Below are positions 17,333 through 25,412 of a DNA stretch of 32,000 nt, in pieces. The notes below the pieces were generated by a model, which searched no databases, was not told the origin of the DNA, and worked only from the letters and a program-made list of their open reading frames with translations. This DNA is from Clostridia bacterium (GTDB lineage: Bacteria; Bacillota; Clostridia; Lachnospirales; Lachnospiraceae). Position numbers and translations under genes: made by a program. How positions within the stretch are numbered: position 1 is the first letter of the stretch; each line of letters begins with the position of its first letter. The DNA lies in assembly GCA_003246295.1 (NCBI GenBank), contig QKAS01000057.1, forward strand, positions 969 to 32,968. Reading direction: 5' to 3'.

Positions 17333-17713
17333 ATGATGAATAATACAACAATGGATTTAAAGAAAGATATGGAGTATCTGCTATTGGAACTCCAAAAGGA
17401 ATGGGAAGCGAGTGGAACAACGAGAGCAACAGTCGCTATTCAATTAGAAGAAGCACAAGAAGTGAATAAAAGGCTGCAGAAGGAAATCAATGATCGCCAG
17501 GTGCTATTAACGCAGGAGGAAATGACCTTTGAGCAAAGTATCCAGTTTACAAAACAGAACTATATCCTGCTGAGGCTGATAAAAAAGATTCTACGAAAAG
17601 AGCAGAGGACGAATAAGAAGGGGTTTGATTGTGAGTTCTCAGTTACACTTGATAAAGAGGAGTATCGAATTTTTCGAGAGCTAGTTCTAGTTGAGGACAA
17701 TAAAAACGTATAA
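17333..17713 (+). CDS. Hypothetical coiled-coil protein.
   Basis: GGAGG at 17320-17324 lies 8 nt before ATG 17333. No family was recognised. Confidence 0.55.
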   Translation: MMNNTTMDLKKDMEYLLLELQKEWEASGTTRATVAIQLEEAQEVNKRLQKEINDRQVLLTQEEMTFEQSIQFTKQNYILLRLIKKILRKEQRTNKKGFDCEFSVTLDKEEYRIFRELVLVEDNKNV

Positions 17714-17756
17714 TCGAAAATAAGAATGTAGAAAGTTGATATGGAGGTGTTGAAAG

Positions 17757-20700
17757 TTGAGAGTTGATTATCAGGTAAAGCAGATCTATGATATGATGAT
17801 CCAAGAAGTAGCAACAAGTGAGCTTAAATGGAGAGATGTGTGCCGCTTAATGGGACAACTCTATCGCTATGAGTTTGATAATATTTTGATGATATATGCT
17901 CAGCGGCCACATGCAACTCTGGTCGCTGATTTTGATACATGGAAGAAAGTGAACCGTTATGTAATGCGTGGGAGTAAGGGGATCGCAATTTTTCCTTCGA
18001 GAGCACTGCATCCACGAATGAGATATGTTTTTGATATCTGCGATACAGGTGGGAAGAAACAGGATTTAACATGGGATTTGAATGGTGAGAAGCTGACGGA
18101 TTTTGTGGCTTTCATGAAAACAAGTGGATTATTCAAAGAAGAAAGTAATCAAGTGGATTCTGACGATCTTGATGCGCAGGACATTTTTCAGAAAATTTTG
18201 AAGACTCAGCTAAAAAACTTTACAAGAACATACGTTCGAGCTATAATAAAAGAAGAATATTCAGATCGAATCAATGAGCTAACGAGATTAGTCGGGGAAT
18301 ACGGTCTGGAAAAAGACGATATTATGAACGAAGCAGATAATTCACCTAACAGTCCAGTAGCACAATTTATTTATCAAAGTGCTTTCTATGCCATCGGCAC
18401 AAGGTGCGGTTTTGACCTTGACATTCAGGAACAGGATTTTGGTTCGGTACTTCGATACCAAAGTGAAGATGAGATATATCTGATCGGGACATTGGTAAGT
18501 GATATCTCCTGTAACGTTCTAAGAGAGTTTGCAAGAAACCTAAAACAGATGGAAAAGCAGAGAATGCTGCTAGAAGAAAGGGGTATAACACATGGCAGAG
18601 ATCGCATTGACTTATACGGAGAAGGAGGGAATCCTATATCCGAATCTGGAGTTACCGAAGGAGGAAGAGCTGAATCTCCACAACCTTGGGAAATACGGAA
18701 TGATGGCATTGAATTATCTGATGGAGAACGAACCGGCACGGCTCAAGACATTAATGAGATTCGGATTGTTGACACAGAAAATGTACGAAGTGGACGAAGA
18801 GGCAAATCAGCTTCTGGATATCCTCATGATGGACTATCTGGCGAAGAACAAGCCGAGAGATCCAAATTCCACGATAGAGATGTGGCAGATCAGAGAGCAG
18901 GCGAAGATGCAGGCAGAGGAAATCGTATTGAATCAGATCGTATTGAAATTTCATTAGAACATGATCAGATTGAGAGCGAAATAAAACAGGAACTGGATGA
19001 AATCAATTCATTCGGCAAGCAAGGGGAAGCCAATTACCAACAGGCTTCCTTTTCTTTTGACAATGCAGTGGGTCAGACTAAATACACCTATCTGGAAGCG
19101 AAGAAAGAATTGATAGTACCCCATGAATATGTCGTGGAAGTGATATTGCGTGGTTCGGGCTTTGCTAATGGAAAAGGACGAATTGCTATAATATATCAGA
19201 ATGAGTCAGTTCCTTCTGAACGAGCAAAGTTAATCAAGAAGGAATATGGATTAGGTGGTGCAGGATGGCCGATCGATGGTTATGGATTACATGGGTATAA
19301 CACTTTTAAGAATCAGGGTATTGGTATTAAATGGAGAGATGAAGAAGGAGAAAAGGAAGGCTATGTAAGCTGGGCAGTTGTAGAGCAGGAAATCGGGGCT
19401 CTGATATTGACTGGAGTATATGATAAAGATCAATTACAGAATAATACGAAATCAATTGATGGTGACAGTGTTGGTTATGACGAGATCGAGCTGGTAGATG
19501 AAAATGATACTGACCATGAAGATAGGGAGTCGCTTCAACGAGAACAACAATGGATCGATGATGAAATCCTTGATGATTTTGCTATCCCGGATGAGCTGGA
19601 TGAGATGTATGGAGTGGTAGATGAAGTTGTGACAATCGAAGGGTTATCAGAAGACAGACTCCCCAATGATCTGGAATATATGAGTGACATTACAACCAGA
19701 AGTGTGGAAGTCGGTTCCTTGCCTCGTTCTTTGATTATCACTGAAAAGAGAAACTTCCATTATACTCAGTTGGATGTTGATGCTGCTGGAGCAAAGACCA
19801 GATACAATTGGAATGTGGAAGCAATCCGCACATTATTTCAGATTGAAGGTGACGGAAGATTTGCTACTACTGAGGAACAAAAGGTTTTGGCAAAATATGT
19901 TGGCTGGGGTGGATTGTCACAGGTATTTAATGATGCAGACAATTCGTGGAGACATGAATATGTGGAACTAAAGAATTTACTATTAGAAGATGACTATGTG
20001 GCAGCAAGGGCATCGGTTAACAATGCTTTCTATACCTCTCCTGAAATTGCAAGCTGTAAGAATCAAGCGCTTGTTCGGTTTGGATTTCAAAATGGCAATA
20101 TATTGGAACCATCCATGGGTATCGGAAATTTCTTTGGATCACTTCCGACAGCCATGCAGAATTACAATCTCTTTGGAGTGGAGATTGATTCGATATCGGG
20201 ACGAATTGCGAAGCAACTGTATCAAAACGCTGATATTCGAATCACTGGATTTGAGAAAACTTCATTTCCTGACAACTTCTTTGATGTGGCAATCGGGAAT
20301 GTTCCCTTTGGTGATTATAAGCTTTTTGATCCGAAGTATAATAAGCTGAACTTTCGTATCCATGATTACTTTCTGGCGAAATCAATCGATCAGGTGAGAC
20401 CGGGAGGAATCATTGCCTTTATCACAACCAAGGGAACACTGGATAAGAGCAATCCTTCCGTAAGAAAATACCTTGCAGAGCGAGCAGAATTAATTGGAGC
20501 TATACGACTTCCGAATACAGCTTTCCGCGATAATGCGGGGACGGATGTAGCGACAGATATCTTATTTTTGCAAAAGAGAGAGCGAGCCATCGTGGTAGAA
20601 CCAGATTGGGTACACTTGGGTTATACAGAGAATGGAATTGCGGTTAACTCTTATTTTGTAGAGCATCCCGAGATGATGCTTGGAACGATGGAATATGATA

Positions 20701-21599
20701 CAAGGATGTTTGGTGATGGGAGCAAGTATACTACCTGTGTGAATCGAGATCCTGACTTTAATCTGTATGATTCCATACAGAAAGCCATTTGGTCATTATC
20801 AGCCACGATCACTGATTATGAGAGGTTCGAGGATATTGCAGAAGAACCGTCTGATCATATTCCTGCTAGTCCTGATGTGCGTAATTACACCTATACTTTT
20901 ATGGATGGAAAGCTGTATTACAGAGAGAATTCAAGAATGTATCAAAAAGAGTTAAGCCTCAATATGGAGGAGCGCATCAAAGCGATGGATAAGATCAGGA
21001 TAATAACTAGAGAACTGATCACGCTTCAGACTGAAGGATGCAGCGAGGAGGTATTGATTAATAATCAGAAGAGCTTGAATGAGACTTACGATGCATTTAC
21101 AATGAAGTACGGCTATCTTACAAGCAGGGAGAATGATAGAGCCTTCCGTAATGATTCAGACTATCCTTTGCTCTGCTCTCTTGAAGTAGTGGATGAGGAT
21201 GGTAAGGTGAAGAAAGCTGATATGTTCTACAAGCAGACCATCAAACCAAAGTTAATCATAGAGCGGGTAGAAACGGCGGTAGAGGCACTGAATATATCTA
21301 TGAATGAGTATGGCACGGTTAATCTTCCCTTTATGTTAAGTATTTATCATCCATGTATTACAAATATTTTTGAGGACTCTCATCAAGTCAGTATCATATC
21401 AGAGCAGGAAAAGGCAGAGCTGGAACGAAAAATGATTATCGATGAACTGTCGGGGCTTATTTTCCTGAATCCAATGTCGTATAATGAGAACAACTTAAAT
21501 GCTGGATGGGAAAGTGCGGATGAGTATTTGTCGGGGAATGTGAGGGATAAGTTCCGAATTGCCAAGGCATTTGCCGAAACGAATCCGGAGTTGTTTTGA
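17757..21599 (+). CDS. Polyvalent conjugative-element protein. It has an ArdC-like N-terminal domain, a low-complexity linker, a conserved GSGF...EYGLGGAGW module and a gamma-type N6-adenine DNA methyltransferase domain. It ends at an in-frame TGA.
   Basis: GGAGGTG at 17743-17749 lies 7 nt before TTG 17757. The ArdC-like segment is YEFDNILMIYAQRPHATLVADFDTWKKVNRYVMRGSKGIAIF. The methylase motifs are motif I (ILEPSMGIGNFFG, ~20100) and motif IV (VAIGNVPFGDY, ~20290). Homologues as I remember them continue into a helicase region that is absent here. Confidence 0.85.
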   Translation: MRVDYQVKQIYDMMIQEVATSELKWRDVCRLMGQLYRYEFDNILMIYAQRPHATLVADFDTWKKVNRYVMRGSKGIAIFPSRALHPRMRYVFDICDTGGKKQDLTWDLNGEKLTDFVAFMKTSGLFKEESNQVDSDDLDAQDIFQKILKTQLKNFTRTYVRAIIKEEYSDRINELTRLVGEYGLEKDDIMNEADNSPNSPVAQFIYQSAFYAIGTRCGFDLDIQEQDFGSVLRYQSEDEIYLIGTLVSDISCNVLREFARNLKQMEKQRMLLEERGITHGRDRIDLYGEGGNPISESGVTEGGRAESPQPWEIRNDGIELSDGERTGTAQDINEIRIVDTENVRSGRRGKSASGYPHDGLSGEEQAERSKFHDRDVADQRAGEDAGRGNRIESDRIEISLEHDQIESEIKQELDEINSFGKQGEANYQQASFSFDNAVGQTKYTYLEAKKELIVPHEYVVEVILRGSGFANGKGRIAIIYQNESVPSERAKLIKKEYGLGGAGWPIDGYGLHGYNTFKNQGIGIKWRDEEGEKEGYVSWAVVEQEIGALILTGVYDKDQLQNNTKSIDGDSVGYDEIELVDENDTDHEDRESLQREQQWIDDEILDDFAIPDELDEMYGVVDEVVTIEGLSEDRLPNDLEYMSDITTRSVEVGSLPRSLIITEKRNFHYTQLDVDAAGAKTRYNWNVEAIRTLFQIEGDGRFATTEEQKVLAKYVGWGGLSQVFNDADNSWRHEYVELKNLLLEDDYVAARASVNNAFYTSPEIASCKNQALVRFGFQNGNILEPSMGIGNFFGSLPTAMQNYNLFGVEIDSISGRIAKQLYQNADIRITGFEKTSFPDNFFDVAIGNVPFGDYKLFDPKYNKLNFRIHDYFLAKSIDQVRPGGIIAFITTKGTLDKSNPSVRKYLAERAELIGAIRLPNTAFRDNAGTDVATDILFLQKRERAIVVEPDWVHLGYTENGIAVNSYFVEHPEMMLGTMEYDTRMFGDGSKYTTCVNRDPDFNLYDSIQKAIWSLSATITDYERFEDIAEEPSDHIPASPDVRNYTYTFMDGKLYYRENSRMYQKELSLNMEERIKAMDKIRIITRELITLQTEGCSEEVLINNQKSLNETYDAFTMKYGYLTSRENDRAFRNDSDYPLLCSLEVVDEDGKVKKADMFYKQTIKPKLIIERVETAVEALNISMNEYGTVNLPFMLSIYHPCITNIFEDSHQVSIISEQEKAELERKMIIDELSGLIFLNPMSYNENNLNAGWESADEYLSGNVRDKFRIAKAFAETNPELF
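18592..18957 (+). CDS. tnpV: TnpV-like 121-aa ORF nested in the +1 frame inside the polyvalent ORF.
   Basis: ATG at 18592, preceded by GAAAGGGG (18575-18583); stop TAG at 18955-18957. The translation MAEIALTYTEKEGILYPNLELPKEEE..LGKYGMMALNYLMENEPARLKTLMRFGLL..VDEEANQLLD..MWQIREQAKMQAEEIVLNQIV follows the TnpV family pattern over its full length. Confidence 0.55.
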   Translation: MAEIALTYTEKEGILYPNLELPKEEELNLHNLGKYGMMALNYLMENEPARLKTLMRFGLLTQKMYEVDEEANQLLDILMMDYLAKNKPRDPNSTIEMWQIREQAKMQAEEIVLNQIVLKFH

Positions 21600-22022
21600 G
21601 TTAATGTAAAGGCACTGGAGCAGGTTCAGCCTAGGAATCTGGACGCTTCGGAAATTGATGTGAGAATCGGAACTACTTGGATTGAGGCTGAGGATTATGA
21701 GAAGTTCATTTATGAATTGCTAAATACACCGCGTAGAGCAAGGGTAATGAGAAGTCAGTATTACGATTCTGGAATCCAGATTCATTTCATAGCCTTGTTC
21801 TCAAGAAACCATTCCATGCTCATCATTTATCAGGACGTGTGTTATCCGGTAACAAAGGAGTTTCGTGAAAAACTTTATGGAGAGGTGATGAAAACATATG
21901 AGGAAGAAAAGGAAAAGAAGCAGGAGGAGCAACAAAAAATGATTTGCAGAAAGAGAAAGAAAAATCAGGACAGTTTCTGTGTTTACATTAAAAAGTTACT
22001 ACTCGTTAGATTGGAGCAGTAA
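21600..22022 (+). pseudogene. Same-frame continuation of the polyvalent gene beyond the TGA (about 21600-21790), followed by unrelated sequence to the TAA at 22020-22022.
   Basis: 17757 and 21660 are in the same frame. The reading after the TGA is VNVKALEQVQPRNLDASEIDVRIGTTWIEAEDYEKFIYELLNTP, which is the segment that follows the methylase domain in full-length homologues as I remember them. Resemblance ends near GIQIHF (~21790). Confidence 0.6.
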
Positions 22023-22752
22023 CTTTTTTTTGATAAGTAAGCGGGGGAAGACCCATTTTCTTTTTAAAAAGATTGCTAAACTGTGAGGAGGAAGAAAAAC
22101 CACATAATTGTGCAATCTCTGTACAGCTATATTGGTCTTGCTGCAATAAGAGGCAGGCATTTTGAATACGTTTATTAATAATATAATCAGTAACCGAGAC
22201 ACCGGTGATGCTTTTAAATTTATGACGAAAGTAATCATAACTGTAACTTAGTTCAGCAGCCATTTCTTTAATGCTCTTATGATATAAAAGGGTAGAGTCT
22301 ATCTCATGAATCAGCTTATAGATATCTGCACTTTGATGTGTATCTGGAATGAGCCTAGATAAGTAAATTAGGATTTCCGTAGTCTTGAGGTTACAAAGTT
22401 CAAAGTAGAAGTAGTTTTTATGTATAAATTCATTTTCAATTTCTTTAAATAGCGTATTTAGTTTACTTGCTTGAGAACAATAAACACCGCTAGATACCTT
22501 ACTAATCTGATGTGTGCTTTTAAAGCGAATGCAAATATAATGTGTATGTTTTTCACAAATATGGTCTCTTACATCGTTGGCTCTTGTAAGACAGATACTA
22601 TTAGGATTATAAGAATAAGGAATTCCATTGATAATTGTAGTACCCATCCCAGTTTGGAAGAAAATAAGTTCATGTGTATCATGAGAAAAATCCTTTAGTG
22701 AATAATCTGCCTGATAGTAAAAGGAGAAGATAGAATCGATAACAACACTCAT
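22006..22752 (-). CDS. AraC-family transcriptional regulator (cupin-like N-terminal domain plus a double HTH).
   Basis: The C-terminus (SIKEMAAELSYSYDYFRHKFKSITGVSVTDYIINKRIQNACLLLQQDQYSCTEIAQLCGFSSSSQFSNLFKKKMGLPP) is a typical AraC HTH. AGGAGGG lies 9 nt before the ATG at 22752. The gene is divergent from the GH2 gene. Confidence 0.88.
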   Translation of the reverse strand: MSVVIDSIFSFYYQADYSLKDFSHDTHELIFFQTGMGTTIINGIPYSYNPNSICLTRANDVRDHICEKHTHYICIRFKSTHQISKVSSGVYCSQASKLNTLFKEIENEFIHKNYFYFELCNLKTTEILIYLSRLIPDTHQSADIYKLIHEIDSTLLYHKSIKEMAAELSYSYDYFRHKFKSITGVSVTDYIINKRIQNACLLLQQDQYSCTEIAQLCGFSSSSQFSNLFKKKMGLPPLTYQKKVTAPI

Positions 22753-22847
22753 AGGTAAGAACCCTCCTAACAATATAAAAATGACAAAAATGATGTTCGT
22801 ATTATTATATCAAATGGATAGGGAGATTGCTATATTTAAAGTATAAA

Positions 22848-22881
22848 AATCAATTAGTAAAACAAATCAATTAGTAAAACA
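22848..22881. repeat. Perfect tandem duplication of a 17-bp unit, AATCAATTAGTAAAACA.
   Basis: The units are at 22848-22864 and 22865-22881. They abut the AAGGAG Shine-Dalgarno of the GH2 gene in the AraC/GH2 divergent intergenic region. Confidence 0.9.
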
Positions 22882-22892
22882 AAGGAGATATT

Positions 22893-25310
22893 ATGAAGAA
22901 TAAAGATTACAATGCTTTAGAAGCAGGTGAAAAGAAAGCGGATGTCTTTAATGAAAATAGTGCTAGAATCGTACAAGACTTAAGTGGATACCATTGGAAA
23001 ATGGAAAAAATGCGTGTGGGTCAAGGGAAAGAAGAAGGGCTTCATTTACTTAAAAATGAGCTGTCTGGGAATGATTTTAGCTGGAATACAGGGCATATTC
23101 CAGGGGATGTTTACACGGATTTATATTTAGCTGGAGAGATAGAAGACCCTAATTTTGGAAGAAACATGGGGAAAGCCAAATGGGTGCAGGAGTATGAGTG
23201 GTGGTATAACTATGCGTTTAATGTTTCAGAGGAAATGAAAGGTAAACGTATTACACTTGTATTTGAAGGGGTAGATTATTCTTGTGAAGTATGGTTAAAC
23301 AATGAATATCTAGGTGCACATAAAGGGATGTACTCTTCATTTGAATTTGATGTAACAGATATCGTAGACTTTAAACAACCTCATGTACCAGTTAACTTAC
23401 TAACTGTAAAATTAGATCCACCTCCAAAAAATCAAAAAAATATCGCAGGAATGAAACACAACTTTGCAGGAGATTATTTAACAGGACTTATTCCATTTGG
23501 AATTTGGAGACCAGTTAAATTAGTTGCTACAGACAAAGTAAAAATCGATTGCTTTAGAGTAGACTATAAGGTGTCTGAAGATAAAGCGCTTGCTAAGATG
23601 GAAGTAGAAGTACAGGCATATGAAAATAATATAGAAGACCTTAGTTTACAGATTACGTTAAGAAATGAAGAAGGAACACAAGCTGTGAAAAAACCTATCA
23701 TGCTAGGATTGGGTGAAAACAAAGAGAAGGTTTCTTTTGAAATTGTAAATCCTAAATTATGGTGGCCTTATGAATTAGGGGAACCTAATCTTTATGAATT
23801 ACAAATTAGCATTTTACAAGGAGATCAGGTATTAGATTGTCTTACTGAAAAAATAGGGGTTCGTGAAATTAAATTACAAATGAATCCTGGTTTTACAGAA
23901 GAAGAGACAAAACTTCCTTGGACGTTTACTATTAATGGAAAACCAATGTTTCTTCGTTCAGCTTGTTGGGGTGGACAACCATCATTCTTCTATGGAAGAA
24001 ATAACGTAGACAAATATAAGCTGTTTTTAAACAAGGCTAAAAAAGCCAATATTAATAACCTGCGTATCTTCGGGTGGCATCCACCAGAAGTTAAAGAGTT
24101 CTATGATATTTGTGATGAACTAGGCCTTACTGTATGGACAAACTTCTCATTTGCAACACAGGAATTTAGAGAAGATAAAGATTATATAGATGATGTGAAA
24201 TATGAATGCTCAATGGTGGTTAAAGAGCGTAGAAACCATCCATCGATGGTAATGTGGATGGGTGGAGAAGAAGTATTCTTCTCAGAAGCTCATGTTGAAA
24301 GTGGTAATAGAAAATTAATGGAGAGAATCGGAGAAGTAACAAAGGAGTTGACAGATGTACCTTATGCAGATGCTTCACCACTTAGCTCAAGAGAAGGCAT
24401 TCGTATGGGTTATTCGACAAAAGAATCAGCACATGCAAACTCACACTATTATGCAGCAGGGGCAATCTTTATGGAAGACTATTATCCAAGTCTTGACTAT
24501 GCGATTATTCCAGAGCTTACAGCAGCTTCTTCTCCTAATGTAGAAAGTCTTAAAAAGTTTATTCCAGAAAATGAGTTATGGCCTATGGGGCCAAGCTATG
24601 GCTATCATGCATGTGATCTTCATGTGCTTCAAAACTTAAATTATGAAGTGTTTGGAGATATTAAATTTGGCTCATTAGAAGAGTTTGTAGAAGCAACACA
24701 AATTGCACAAGGGACGATTGCACAGTTCTCATTAGAGCATTTTAGAAGACAAAAACCACATGTAAGTGGTGTGGCATTATGTCACTTTATGACAAACTGG
24801 CCAATCATCAAATGGGATATCGTAGACTACTATGGTGAAAACAAAAAGTCTTATGAGTATGTTAGAAGATGCTATGAACCATTACTTCCAAGTTTACAAT
24901 TTAATAAAAGAAGATGGTTACCAGGTGAAAACTTCGAGGGGAATTTATATGTAATCAATGATTACTACAAGACTTACAGTGATATAGCTTATCAGTATGA
25001 AGTATTAAATGCAGATAAACAAGTTGTTTATACAGGAGACCTTCAAATTAATATTGGGGAAAATAGCTCTGTCTCATATGGTAAGGTTAATTGGAAGGTA
25101 GAAGGTAATGTTTCGGAAAGCTTCTATATTAGGTTAACTTTAAAAGATGGCAATTCGGTAATTGCTTCTAATGAGTATTGCTTATTGATTGCTGACCAAG
25201 AAGAAGCTAAAAAAGTTGCATTAGAGCTTTATAAAGAGATGCATAAGGGAAGAGATGTTTTTGGGAAAGGCTACTATAGATACACTCCTGAAATGATAGA
25301 AAATTTATAG
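22893..25310 (+). CDS. Glycoside hydrolase family 2 protein (beta-mannosidase / exo-beta-glucosaminidase-like architecture).
   Basis: The N-terminal sugar-binding pattern is WWYNYAFNV...ITLVFEGVDYSCEVWLNNEYLGAHKGMYSSFEFDVTD, followed by a TIM-barrel region (NLRIFGWHPPE...ERRNHPSMVMWMGGEEVFF). The protein is 805 aa. Confidence 0.8.
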   Translation: MKNKDYNALEAGEKKADVFNENSARIVQDLSGYHWKMEKMRVGQGKEEGLHLLKNELSGNDFSWNTGHIPGDVYTDLYLAGEIEDPNFGRNMGKAKWVQEYEWWYNYAFNVSEEMKGKRITLVFEGVDYSCEVWLNNEYLGAHKGMYSSFEFDVTDIVDFKQPHVPVNLLTVKLDPPPKNQKNIAGMKHNFAGDYLTGLIPFGIWRPVKLVATDKVKIDCFRVDYKVSEDKALAKMEVEVQAYENNIEDLSLQITLRNEEGTQAVKKPIMLGLGENKEKVSFEIVNPKLWWPYELGEPNLYELQISILQGDQVLDCLTEKIGVREIKLQMNPGFTEEETKLPWTFTINGKPMFLRSACWGGQPSFFYGRNNVDKYKLFLNKAKKANINNLRIFGWHPPEVKEFYDICDELGLTVWTNFSFATQEFREDKDYIDDVKYECSMVVKERRNHPSMVMWMGGEEVFFSEAHVESGNRKLMERIGEVTKELTDVPYADASPLSSREGIRMGYSTKESAHANSHYYAAGAIFMEDYYPSLDYAIIPELTAASSPNVESLKKFIPENELWPMGPSYGYHACDLHVLQNLNYEVFGDIKFGSLEEFVEATQIAQGTIAQFSLEHFRRQKPHVSGVALCHFMTNWPIIKWDIVDYYGENKKSYEYVRRCYEPLLPSLQFNKRRWLPGENFEGNLYVINDYYKTYSDIAYQYEVLNADKQVVYTGDLQINIGENSSVSYGKVNWKVEGNVSESFYIRLTLKDGNSVIASNEYCLLIADQEEAKKVALELYKEMHKGRDVFGKGYYRYTPEMIENL

Positions 25311-25363
25311 ATATAAATAGTTTTTAATGTATTTGTTATTTGAATTATAAATAAGGGTAACTA

Positions 25364-25390
25364 AGAGGTAATAGGTGAACTATTGCCTCT
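25364..25390 (+). terminator. Stem-loop between the GH2 and alcohol dehydrogenase genes (possible terminator or attenuator).
   Basis: AGAGGTAATAG pairs with CTATTGCCTCT (11 bp including one G-T pair) around a 5-nt loop. The T-tail is weak (TTAAG). Confidence 0.35.
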
Positions 25391-25412
25391 TTAAGAAAGA
25401 AAGGAATATCAG

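Larger units (their letters stand above)
1..21790 (+). mobile_element. Partial conjugative element (ICE or conjugative plasmid) backbone, Gram-positive type IV secretion type. The left end is off-window and the right end is truncated near 21.8 kb.
   Basis: Co-linear + strand genes for MobC, relaxase, PcfB, T4CP, Maff2, VirB6-like, PrgI-like, VirB4 and an ArdC-methylase polyvalent protein. Stop/start overlaps occur at 3957/3959, 4278/4288, 7055/7058, 8564/8567 and 13491/13494. No integrase or recombinase is seen in the window. Confidence 0.85.

Noticed and set aside
18367-18954. Minus-strand ORFs 18367-18591, 18425-18739 and 18751-18954, opposite the linker/TnpV-like segment.
   Set aside because: The + strand here is very purine-rich, so stop codons are scarce in several frames. 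The products are S/P/L/F/C-rich and match no family pattern. They serve as a caution that open frames alone mean little in this segment, so the TnpV-like call rests on sequence resemblance and the SD-like box, not on ORF length.
19774-20955. Other + strand alternative-frame ORFs inside the methylase region (19774-19971, 19990-20349, 20767-20955).
   Set aside because: Their translations are W/R/C/L-rich and not protein-like. They have no SD-like sequence upstream and resemble no known family, unlike the 18592 ORF.
21597-21599. Could the in-frame TGA be a recoded codon (an alternative genetic code or selenocysteine)?
   Set aside because: TGA clearly terminates other well-defined genes in this window, for example the toprim gene at 2935-2937, the radC-like gene at 1956-1958 and pcfB at 8565-8567. 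No SECIS-like hairpin follows the codon, so a nonsense mutation is the simpler reading.
21660-22022. Track ORF 21660-22022 as an independent 120-aa gene.
   Set aside because: It starts at GTG with no SD and is in the same frame as the upstream polyvalent ORF. Its first ~45 residues read as the continuation of that protein, and the remainder overlaps the AraC gene's 3' end. I treat it as a pseudogene tail.
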